From Camelus dromedarius (Eukaryota), in NCBI RefSeq assembly GCF_036321535.1, contig NC_087437.1, positions 4,464,001 through 4,528,000 of the forward strand: 64,000 nt of DNA, given 5' to 3'. The notes under the pieces were generated by a model. It saw only the letters and a list, made by a program, of their open reading frames with translations. It made no database searches and was not told the origin of the DNA. Of this stretch, positions 25,350 to 36,900 are shown piece by piece. The position numbers were made by a program, and so were the translations under genes. Each line of letters begins with the position of its first letter. Positions within the stretch are counted from its first letter, which is position 1.

Positions 25350-26554
25350 CTGTGGCTCCCAAATTCTGAATCACTGTGCTCTCCAGGCATCATGGTAGGT
25401 GTTTTAAATAAATGTATGTTGAAAGAGTAAATTAGTGACCTTAAAGGTTTGTGCGGTCACAGGCAGCTGAGCCATACAGCCGCAGTGCCACATGGAAACA
25501 CAAGGGGGCAGTGTGCTCACAGAAGTTCACAAATCCTTTGTGTCTTGTAGTAAACAGCATTTGTCCTGCAAGCCTTTTTTGTTTAGTTTGCAGTATTTGA
25601 TGTATTTGTTTGTTTGGTGAGTTGGTAACAGTCCTGTGTCCAAACAAGCCCTTCCTCAATTTTTATTACCAGCTAGACTTTAAATTCAGGATCATATGAG
25701 ACTGCATGTATGTTATCACGATGCGCATATTAGGATTATATAAAATAAGGAGGTATATAAAATTAGGATTATAAAATTCATATATTAAACACATACAAAT
25801 ACATTTACATTATGTATTAATGAAATTAACAAAACTATATGTATATATAGTTAGAATATATCTAAAAATTAGGATAGAATTATCTATATATAGAATAAAA
25901 TATATACAGCTATTCTATATATATAAAATAAATAAATTTTATATATCTCCTAATTGTGTGTTCTGTGTGTCTATAAATATGTGTATGTATTCTAATTTAA
26001 GTTATATATTTGATTAGGATACAGAATTAATCTATATATAATATAATGTATATATACAATACATATAATTAAATATATATTCAATTAGTAATATATGATT
26101 AATTTTTATATATAGTTAGGATATGTATAAAATTAACATATGTGATGCAATTAGAATATATGTTTAAGACATATATAATTAGAATATGTAGATATAACTG
26201 GGATATACATTGGAGGATATAAAAATAATTAGGATATACACGTATAATCAGGTTGAACCATAGGAAATTGAAATGCAGCTGAAAGTCAACAGTTTTTGAC
26301 CTACAAAAATGGCAAAGGGGCCAAAATAATCATATCTGTTGGAAAATAAAGCTCATTTTGTACAATTTCCCCCCAGAATCTTTTGTTCTATTTCTAGTAC
26401 CAGTGTCTGCAGTCTGTGATTTGAAAAACTGGTCTCTGATCATACTAGTGAGCAACTGAAACAAAAGTCAAGAGCAAACGATGGTTTTGCTCTTCCCGTG
26501 TGGGAGTCATAGGGTGGTGTTTGTGGGTAAGGAAATTATTTCATTTTTCCATTA
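25350..26554 (-). repeat. Right arm of the inverted repeat, with an AT-rich degenerate minisatellite (~25730-26245) and a MADE2-like remnant (~26247-26315)
   Basis: Reverse complement aligns to 17689-18640. aattaggatata-type units mirror tatatcctaatt units at 18000-18300. Confidence 0.82.
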
Positions 26555-26806
26555 TAGGCAGACCGCATTGTATTATGCTTCGCAGACACTGAGTTGTTTC
26601 GGTTTTTACAAATTTGGGGTTTGTGGCATTCCTGCATCGGGCAAGTCTATCGGCATCATTTTTCCAACAGCATTTACTCACTTGGTGTCTCTGTGTCACG
26701 TTTTGCTAATTCTTGCAATATCTCAAACTTTTTCATTATTATATTTGTTACAGTGATCTGTGATCAGTGATCTTTGATGTTACTATTAGAATGGTTTGGG
26801 GCGCCT
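26555..26806 (+). mobile_element. Tigger1 DNA transposon 5' fragment
   Basis: gcaagtctatcggcatcatttttccaacagc...gtgatctgtgatcagtgatctttgatgttactatt matches the Tigger1 left end. Confidence 0.85.
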
Positions 26807-26921
26807 GAGTAATTACCGCAGCATTCGCTTAACCTGAACACAGATAATCAATATCTTACACCTGGGGCAGCTATACAGGGTTACGCTGAGCTTGTGACAC
26901 GAACTTTATTGAATAGTATCT

Positions 26922-27035
26922 GTGGGAGACTGTATAGCTCAGTGGTACAACGAATGCTTAGCATGCTTGAGGTCCTGGGTTCAATCCCCAGTACTGAATT
27001 AATAGCAATAATAAATGAGTAAACCAGATTACCAA
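26922..27035 (+). mobile_element. tRNA-Ala-derived SINE (camelid Vic-1-like)
   Basis: A box tagctcagtggta and B box ggttcaatccc with ttagcatgc, followed by an A-rich/aaacc-att tail. Confidence 0.8.
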
Positions 27036-27089
27036 GCGATGTCCTTCATCCTGCGTTTATTTCCCTAATTAAAAAATAAAAAAATCAGT

Positions 27090-27990
27090 GCAGACAGCGT
27101 TAGGTGGAGCTCCTCGGAGGGTCTGTACGCCACGCCTTTGCACTCAGTGTTGGGGGGGGGGCTCCGTAAGGCGCATGCGCTCCTCTTCCCCGGCAGCGCC
27201 AGTCACGGGTCTCCACCGGCACTGCCACCCTCGCGCAGACAGAGGAGGCGTGATACCGCTGTCGCCCGTCCAATACCGGGCACCGTGGCGGTCACGGGCA
27301 GGCCGAGCCAGGAGCCCCGCCCGCGCGGTCCCGCGGGCCAGGGTGCGCCTGCGCGGGACAGCCGATGGGCGGGGCGGCCCGCGGGCTGTGAGTCCGTCTG
27401 CTCAGAGGTCCGGGCCGCGATCCTCCCTCTGCTGCCAGAAGTGGGCGCCACCGGAAGCGCGCGCAGCCGGAAGTGGTCGCCGCCGTTTTTCTCAGAGTCT
27501 CCCAGGCCTCGCTTGGCTCCGTCCCCGGGCGCGCGGCGGTGTGTCCCGGTGTCGGGCCACCATGGACGCGACGGCGCTGGAGCGGGACGCCGTGCAGTTC
27601 GCGCGGCTGGCGGTGCAGCGCGACCACGAGGGCCGCTACCCCGAGGCCGTATTTTATTACAAGGTGGGTCGGGGCCACGGCTCCGTCAGGGGGCGGGGTC
27701 CGGGTCCCGGGGCCGAGGCTTTGCAGTCGGTCTGGTCTTCCTGCTGCCCTTTCGGGGTGGCGACCGGGGCTGCGGAGGTCAGGCCCGCCCCCGAGTCCCG
27801 CCCGGGGCCTGCGGCCGTGGGAAGGTGGGCTTGCGGCGGCGGAGCGACCCCTCCTGTGGTGGGCAGCGCTAAGCCGCCCCTCACGGCGGCAGTCAGAGCT
27901 GGCGGTCCTTACCGTCCCTGGGCTCTGATTGCTGGCCCCTGGGGCTTGGTCTCCGGTAGACACCCAGACAGTGCACGCAGTGCGTGTTCA
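27090..27990 (+). promoter_or_regulatory. CAPN7: CpG-island, TATA-less promoter of CAPN7
   Basis: Very high GC and CpG. NRF1 GCGCATGCGC 27171-27180, CCAAT 27270, NRF1-like 27344-27354, GC box 27367-27377, tandem ETS/GABPA CCGGAAG at 27451 and 27467. Kozak GCCACCATGG at the start codon. Confidence 0.9.
27562..27663 (+). CDS. CAPN7: CAPN7 coding exon 1 (MIT1)
   Basis: [34 protein letters not shown]; donor AAG/GTGGGT. Confidence 0.97.
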
Positions 27991-30900
27991 TTGCGGAAGA
28001 CAAAAGTAAATCAAAAGAGACGAAAACATCACGTATCCCAGCATTGGATGCATATCTTTGTGAATGTTTTTCTACTCACGTATGTGTCCACACCTTTTTT
28101 AAAAAACAAACTTAGACCATAGTGTTGATGCTTGTTTTAACCTCTTCATTTAAACTTTTGAAAAATCATTAAACTTACACCTATGATATAATCTTGTTAA
28201 TAGTAGATGCATAGTATTTTCATCCTGTGGACGTACCAGAATTTCTTTGTAACCATTTCTGGCCGTTTTATGGCCATTCTGGTTTTTCATGATAATGTCC
28301 TTAGAGCTAAAGCTTTTCACATTACTCTGATACTTACTTTGGATAAATTACCGGGGCCAGAATTATTTAATCAAAGAGTATGAGCTTCACAGACCACCCT
28401 CTGCTCCCAGGATTTGCAGACACACCTTCAGCTCTAGACAAGCCCTCCGCCTCCCTGTGGAGGTAGGTAGCTGTATCCTCAGGATATTGTCACATTTGCT
28501 TTTAGAAAGAACGTCAGACTTTGATAATACAGTAGTAGTCGTTTTTTCCCCATGAACATAGTGCTATCAGTACCGTGTGATTTACTGTCTCAGGTTAATG
28601 TTTGATTGCGTTCATTTTATAATCTCTGTTTAGAAACTTTGGGTGTGTTTCAGAATCATTTCCTTTGGACCTATTCTTGGTGACAATTTCATGACAGTGG
28701 TATTTCCTTAAAAGTAAGACTTAGGTTTGTGAAATAGGTAACAAATATTCGTAGGTTAAAATCGTGCCATATGAAATAGCTTTTTTCTAAAGCAAAAGAA
28801 AATACTGTTCAGTGCCTCTTGTTTTGCTGTAGGATTACATGCATGTTACGAAGAATGTCTTACTCGAGAGAGTCAGAAAAGTCTGTTTATAGGTACTATT
28901 TATGTAAAGTGTATTAGATATTTAGTGTTTTCTGTCATCTCACTGTTCTATCTGGGATTCCTTAATTGTTAGTCATTTTCAAATACAAGTGAAATAAGGA
29001 AAATAAAGTAGATACCAGCAAGTTTTTTTAAAAACTGAAGTTTACTTGATTTACAGTGTTATTAGTTTCAGGTATACAGCAAAGTGATTCAGTTATATAT
29101 ACATGTATATTCTTTTTCAGATTATTTTCCCATTATATATTATTACAGGAAATTGAATATAAGACCTTGTTGATTATCTATTTTATGTATAGCAGTGTGT
29201 ATCTGCTAATCCCAGACTCCTAATTTATCCCTCTCCCAGCCCTTTTCCCCTTTGGTAACCATAGTTTGTTTTCCATGTCTGTGAGTCTATTTCTGGTTTG
29301 TAAGTAAGTTTGTTTGTGTCCTTTTTTTTAGATTCCACATATATGCGATATCATATGATATTTGTCTTTCTCTGTCTGACTTACTTCACTTAGTATGATG
29401 ATCTCCAGGTCCATCTATGTTGCTACCAATGGCATTATTTTATTCCTTTTTATGGCTGAGTAATATTCCATTGTGTATAAATATACAAGTTCTTTATCCA
29501 GTCATCTGTTGATGGACACTTAGGTTCCTTCCATGTCTTGGCTATTGTAAACAGTACTGCTTTGAACATTGGGGTGCATCTATCTTTTTTATTTAAGAGT
29601 TTTCTCAGGATAATATGCCCAGGAGTGGGATTGCTAGATCATATGGTAACGTTATTTTCAGTTTTTTAAGGAAACTCCATACTATTCTTCATAATGGCTG
29701 CACGAGTTTACATTCCCACCCCCCAGTGTAGGAGGGTTCCTCTTTCTCCACACCCTCTCCAGCAGTTATTGTTTGTAGACTTTTTAACGATGGCTATTCT
29801 CACTGATGTAATACCTCATTGTAATTTTGATTTGCGTTTCTCAGATAGATAGTGCTGTTGAGCATCTTTTCATTTGCCTGGTGGCCCTCTGTCTTCTTTG
29901 GAAAAATGTCTATTTAGGTTTTCTGCCCATTTTTTGATTGCGCTGTTTGTTTTTTGATATTAAGCTGTATGAGCTGTTTGTATATTTTGGAAATGAATCA
30001 CTTGTCAGTCTCATTTGCAAATATTTTCTCCCATTCTATAGACCAACAGCTTTTAAAATTCACTTTAGTGTTTACTTGTAAAGTTATATTTTCCTCCCCT
30101 AAAATATCTGAATTACAAAATCTGAGGAAATTGTATCTTTTCCACCCCCCAGTTACCACTTGGCTCAAAAATGTTCTCTTCTTACTGATTTTGTAGGTTC
30201 AGTGAAGCAACTCCTCTAATAACTGGATTCAAAAAGTGATGCTCAGTAGATGGCTTCTGTGGATTCAGATAATTAAGCGTGAGGTTCCATGAATCTAAGC
30301 ACACACTTAGATGGCTGCAGAGAAGGTGGTGGCACTTGGGAAAGCCTCTGGCAGTTCTTCCCTCTGGCTGCTCTCCTAGAATGATGACAGAGAGAGTGCA
30401 GGCTCCTTCCTCACAGCCTAACTGGCTGAGGAGGTTACAGAGGAACCGGAAGACGAATCCAGGTTTCCTTAATTAAAATCCATTTATTTCCTACAATTGA
30501 AGTCTGCCTTAAAATGTGTCCCCCTTTGACAGTATTTTCAGTGGAGAAAAAGATTTTCTTTCCACTGTGAGATACTTAACCTTTATAATTCATTGTATTG
30601 ACATTAATTTAATCTTAACTGGTTATAACTTGTAATGCTTTCAAGGCTCAGTTCACCTTTTCAAGGTATATAATTTCAAGTCTGACCTATGACCTAAAGA
30701 AAAAGGAACACAGAAAACAAACCCTAGCTCCTCTAAGAAGATGTTTGCAATCAGTCCCTCCTATTTGACTTTGTAAATTTTCAACAGTATGAGAAAATCA
30801 GGAGCATTGAGAACGGAGAAGATACAAAAGGATTATACAACTCATTTAGTTTATGAAAAAATTACTAGCATCTTAAGGACATTCTTGTTTCGTCCTGCAG

Positions 30901-33900
30901 AGAAACTGACAGTGAGTTAGAAAGTGGTAAAGAAAATCAAAATTGTAACTCATCTGTTGGATTCCTTTGAATTCTTTTCTTATTTTTAGGAAGCTGCACA
31001 AGCTTTGATCTATGCTGAGATGGCAGGCTCGGGCCTGGAACACATCCAAGAAAAAATAAACGAGTATCTGGAGAGAGTGCAGGCTTTACACTCAGCAGGT
31101 TGGTAAAGGGCCGTGCACCGTGTCACTGTGCTCCCCTCCTTTCTTGTCACATCTCACACTTCCCCGGTGGGTCTCATCTTTTTTGTTTGTTTGTTTTTGG
31201 GGGGAGGAGATTAGGTTTTTATTTGTTCTTAGTGGAAGTACTAGGGATTGAACCCAGGATCTCGTGCATGCTAGGCACACACTGCCGCTAAGCTAAACCT
31301 TCCCCCTGCTTTTCATCTTTGATTCTTCATCCTCACTCCTGCTGTTCGTTCCCCTTTTGGTAATCATGTCTTTAAAAATGGTGACATGGAGGTAAGTGAT
31401 AGATGTTTGAACAGGAACCATAGAGGTAATAAGGCCCAATTTTCTAGTCTCCCAGAGGGTGGAGATGAGTTCTCTATGTTCAAATCAGCACATCGTTGGC
31501 GAGTCAGGTTTAGGACCCTGTTAAAGTCTGCTTTTCAGCGTCTGTCACATGCCCTGTCCTGCTATTAACGTGGAATGAGTCCTCCTCTTCAGTGCTGGAA
31601 GACTTGGCAGTGGGTTCTCAGTCTTCACTGCATCAGTGTCCTCAGCCTCAAGGCCTGGGCTCATCTCTTCCTTTTAGCCACATCTTGGAAAAGTGACATG
31701 TAAGCAGAGTCCTGGAACAACCTGGGTTTATTTTTGTAAGCAGCGTGGCGGTTGTACCCAGGCTTAGTGATGGCAGTTGTGTACGAGGTCAGTGGTTCCT
31801 GTCAGGGTCTGCTGTTCACACAGGGAGAAAAGAAAATGATCTCCTGTTGACGTTTTGTTGTAGAAATGTGTTCACAGCACTGGGGACTCTCTTATCCCCT
31901 TTTTCCCTGTGGCTGTGTAATAAAGCCTCTGGCTTAACGGAGTCTTTACTTATTCAGCATTCCCTTGTAGACTTCCCACCACTCGTTCCAAATAGACTTG
32001 AGCATTTATAAGCTCATAGTTGTGATACAGTAAATTTGATCATTGGGTTTCTTGTTATGACAGTCCCCTTAAAGACACTGTAGTTTCAATTAAGACAGTG
32101 CCCAGAAATTGCATGCATTGAAAAGGGCCTCATTTGGTGCAAAGTTGTACTGATTTCATGTATTCAGAACACCATGAAATTCAGAGGAACTTCATTTTCC
32201 TAGGTAAGTAAATGATGTTCTTAAACTTAATTGCCCAATAATCAGGAACCTTGTTTCAGAAACAGTGTTTTCAAATAAAGTTATCCTCATAGTACGGGAA
32301 GTATTGCATGTGTAGAATATCTTGAAAAGTGGACTGCCCCTGTATGGGGGCCTCATTTAATAAAAGTTGTAGTGATGCGTGCACTCACGGTACTGTGAAA
32401 TTCAGAGGAACTCCATTTTTGCAGTCAAGTAAAGGAAGCTCTTAAATTCGTAAATATGGTGTTTGTGTGGTACTCAGGCACAGAATGAGACAGCCCTAAT
32501 CTCTTGAGGAATAAAAACTGCCCAGTGAAACAAAGGTAAAGTTCAAAAAGGATCTCTGAAGCATAATATATCTTGTTTGCCAGCTCTTTGACCCATTTTG
32601 TTCAACAAGTGGAATGCCATCTATAGAGAATTAAATGGTTTACTTAATTATTATTTCAAGCAGAAGAGTCCCTTATCAAATAAAAATCTTGTTCAGAACC
32701 CCAACTTAAAACAGATAAAGTCTGCTGACAGTCAGGAAGCTTTTGAGAGATGGGTTGACTTTTGGGTTGGGGAAAGGTAACGTGGTTTGAAATTCACCAG
32801 TGTAGTGTGAAGAACTCAAGACTTGGAATTTAGAGATCTGAGCTGAGTCCTTACCCTTCCACTTGGCAGCTGCGAAACCTTAGGCTCGGTACTCATTCTC
32901 AGCTAGAATCGACTTTTTCTCCCTCAGTAGATATTTGGCAGTGTCTGGAGAGATCCCTGGTTTTTATGTGCAGGGTAGGGGTGCAGTATGCTACTAGCAT
33001 CTTGCTGGGGAGGGGCAGGGATATTGCTGAAAATCCCCCAACGCTTAGGGATCGTCCACAGCAAAGAATTGTCCAGCCGAAAATGTCGGTATTGCCAAGG
33101 CTGAGAACCCTTGAGCTCGATATTTTAACATTCATTTTGTAAGTGGGATCAGTACCTACTTTAGAGAGGTGTTCCTGAGGGTTACAGTTTTTAATAGATC
33201 AAACCCAGTTTTGAGACACACAAAACTTAAAACTTTTTTTTAAAATAACAGTTTTATTGAGATATAATTCACATACCATCAAATTCACCTTTTTATAGTG
33301 TAAATTCAGTGGTTTTTATTGTATTCCCAGAGTTGTGCAACCATCTCCACTATCTAATTTTAGAACACCATGAAAGAAACTTCGCAGTTAGCAGTCACTC
33401 CCCATTCCTCCCACCTCCAGGCCCTAGCGACCACTAATCTATTTTCTGTCTCCATGGATTTGCCCGTTCTGGACATTACGTATAGAGAGAATCATCCAGT
33501 ACATGGCCTTCTGCATCTAGCCTCTTTCATTTAGCGTAATGTTTCCAGGTTTTATCCATGTAGCAGGTACTGGTGGTTCGTTTCTTTTTAAGGCTGGATA
33601 GTATGCCGTGGTGTTAATACACCACGTTGTATCTGTCCACCCATCAGCTGGGACATGGGCTCGTCCCCACCTTTTGGCTGTTACAAGTAAGGCTGTGATG
33701 AACACTTGTGTGTGCGTTTTTGTGTAGCCGTATGTTTTCGGTTCTCTTGGACAGATACCCAGAAGTAGAATTGCTAGGTCATATGGTAGCTTTACATCTG
33801 ACTTTTTGAGAAACTTTGGCTAAACTGTTTTCCAGAGTGGCTGGACCGTTTTTCAGTTCCACAAGCCACGTGAGAGTTCCATTTCCTTCACATACTTCTT

Positions 33901-36900
33901 ACCAACACTTGTTACTTTCTGTTCTTACTTTTAGCCATCCTAGTGGGTGTGAAAGGTGTCTCCTGGAGGTGGTGATTCGCATCTCCCTGATGCTGTGACA
34001 TTGAGCATCTTTCCATGTGCCTGTCAGCCACTTGAGTATCTGCTGTGGAGAAATGGCTCTACGGATGCTTAGCCCTCAGGATAAGTCAGGGTTTCCTGAG
34101 AAACAGAGCCAGTGGGATGTGTATAAAGAGATGTGTTGTGAGGATCTGGCTTGTGCAATGACAGAGGCTCAGAGGTCCCACTGTCTGCCCTCTGCAAGCT
34201 GGAGACCCAGCAGAGCCATTGGTGTGGTGCAGTCTCAGCTCACAGGCCTGAGACCCAGGGGGCTGATGGTGTGAGTTCTGGTGAGGACCAGTGTGTCAGC
34301 TCAGCAGACAGAGAGGTCACATTCTCCCCCCGTTTTGTTCTGTCAGGCCCGAAAGGACTAGATGGTGCCCACCCACATGGGGAGGGCCCTCTGCATTTAC
34401 TACCAGTCCAAATGCTGATTTCATGCAGAAATGTCCTCCCAAACTACCCCAAACATGTCTGGCCAAATAGCTGGGTCACCTGGGATCCGGTCAGGTCAAC
34501 ACAAGTTGTTCACAGAATCAATCATCACACTCATTTTGTTGATTGGGGTTATCTTTTTATTGTTGAATTATCAGAGATCTTTATATATTCTAGATACAAG
34601 TTCCTTACGGATACATGTCTTCACTTTAGAAACAAACACTTTTAAAGAGCAGTAAAAATATAGCTTATTCTGGACTCAGGTGAGTAGGAAGCAGTATGAA
34701 TTTTATCATCAGGGCCTAGTGTGTTATATAATTATTGTGTGTACTGAGAAAAATTTTTTAATTCTTATTTTTTATTGAAGTGTAGTCAGTTTGCAATGTT
34801 AGTTTCAGGTGTACAGCAAAGTGATTCAGTTATACATGTACATACATTTTTTTAAGATTCTTTTCCATTACAGCTTATTATAAAAGTTGAATATAGCTCC
34901 CTGTGCTATAAGATAAATAACCAGTTTATACTGTATAGCATAGGGAACTATATTCAGTATTTTGTAGTAACCTATAATGAAAAAGAATATGAAAAGGAAT
35001 ATCTGTATGTACATGTATGACCAAAACATTATGTTGTACACCAAAAAGTGACACAACATTGTATACTGACTATACTTCAATTTAAAAAAATTGAAAGAAA
35101 TGTTTAATTACTTTAAAACATAATTGAGTTTCTTTAGTATTTTCCAAGTTTTTGTTTTGTTTTTTTGTGGGGAGGGTATGTGAGGAGGACGTCTGTGTTT
35201 TATTTTTTAAATGAAGAAAGTGCTGGTCAGGACAGAGAAATTCAGGGAAAATTTTTATAAGGTTTTTCTTGACCTTGCTGAGCTTCTTCGATGAAGGACT
35301 ATAGAGTTTTGGTGAAGAATGTATTAAAATGGTTTGCTGTTCCCTGGACGTGTGTGTGGGTAACCGTTCCTTCTCCATGGCTCTTCTCCCTGTCCTAGTT
35401 CAGTCAAAGAGTGCGGACCCTTTGAAGTCAAAGCATCAATTGGACTTGGAGCGTGCCCATTTCCTTGTTACACAAGCTTTTGACGAAGACGAGAAAGGCA
35501 ATGTTGAAGATGCTATAGAGCTGTATACGGAGGCCGTGGATCTCTGTCTGAAAACTGTATGTATGACAGCTGTGAGCTGAATTCGGTGGAATTGTGCTAA
35601 CAGATTTCTCCCCTTACTAGTGAGTTTTACCTAACAGTTCCTTAAAAAAATTATTGAATTATTATAAATGTAACTAAGTTACTCCTCTTTAAAAGATAAG
35701 AAAGAGTAGAAAGTTAATACTGAATTTTACTCTTATTAAAAAATTGACAGTATTGAGGTTGAGTCATTAGGCAATTGTTTTTTAAATTACGGGTACCATT
35801 TTTTACCTTTTAATACCCATGTAACTAAAATTATTACAGGAAGAATTTGCCGTCACAAAGCTATGAATTTAAACTAAACTTCCCTGTCTTTTTTCAATCT
35901 TAAGCACTTAATAAATAAGTGCATTTGGGAGAGCCTTATCGATGTGCAGTGTAAGGTCTCTGGGCTGCGTGGTCTTTACCGCTTCGCGAGGAGCCCTGGC
36001 ATGTCTGTTAGCTTCGAGGGGCATCTCATGGTGAGAGCGGCGCGCTTGCCAGGAGGGCATGGGGAAGTGGGTAGGGTGGTTTTCCCGGAGTGCTGGCTCC
36101 CTGTCCAGGGCCTGTTGTCCAGACGAGACACCTAGCCTCATTCCCATAGGTACCTGAGACCGAAGGCCTTTTTTTTTAATTATGTAAGTTTTGGTGTACA
36201 GCATTCTAGCTTGACATCTGTGTGCACCACCAAGTGATCGCCTCCACGGGCCTAGTCACCTTCCACCACCGTTCAGCTGACCCCTTCCCCTCTGGTAACC
36301 ACTTATCTGTTCTCTGTATCTGTGACTTTGTCTTCTTTTGTTTGTTTATTTTGTGTTTTAATCCACATACGAGTGAAGTCACATGGCATTTGTCCTTGTC
36401 CTCCTCACTTACTTCGCTTCTGAGGTTCCACCGCCCAGCAGTGGTTCCAGGTACAACCTGTCCACATTAAGGGGTCTTAAAGTTTACCTCAGTGACAGGT
36501 TTTCAGCACAATTTTAAATGAGACCTTCAAGGATGAAAATGAAATGCCTTGGCTCATCCTCTCAGAAGTGTAAGAAATGTAATGTGCGCTGTAAATGTTT
36601 TTTTCTCGGAAATATCATGGATCAAGCAAATTAATAATTACGTTGTGGGATGTCTGTCTCTCTTTCTCTTAAGTCTTATGAAACTGCTGATAAAACTCTG
36701 CAAAATAAACTGAAACAGTTGGCCCGACAGGCACTAGATAGGTGAGTTTTGGTCCCTCTGGTCCTTACCTGTGGATGACAGTGTCCTGTGTTACTGAATG
36801 TGACAGATTGATCTGAATGTGTGGTGTATACCTTGTCGTAACAAACCTCCATTTTCATGTTAACTTGAGACCCAAACCAGGTCTGCCTTCTTCGAGAGAG

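Noticed and set aside
26922..27000. Possible tRNA-Ala genes (also at 31.2, 41.8, 42.8 and 44.6 kb)
   Set aside because: Degenerate stems, shared non-tRNA tails and TSDs show they are SINEs.
5000..27000. Coding exons of a collagen VI or other neighbouring gene
   Set aside because: No VWA-domain, Gly-X-Y or signal-peptide exon recognised on either strand. Listed ORFs fall in repeats or look random.
27088..28122. 344 aa, 244 aa, 223 aa and 151 aa ORFs over the CpG island
   Set aside because: Stop-poor GC-rich sequence. Only 27562-27663 is CAPN7 coding, with a Kozak ATG and a splice donor right after.
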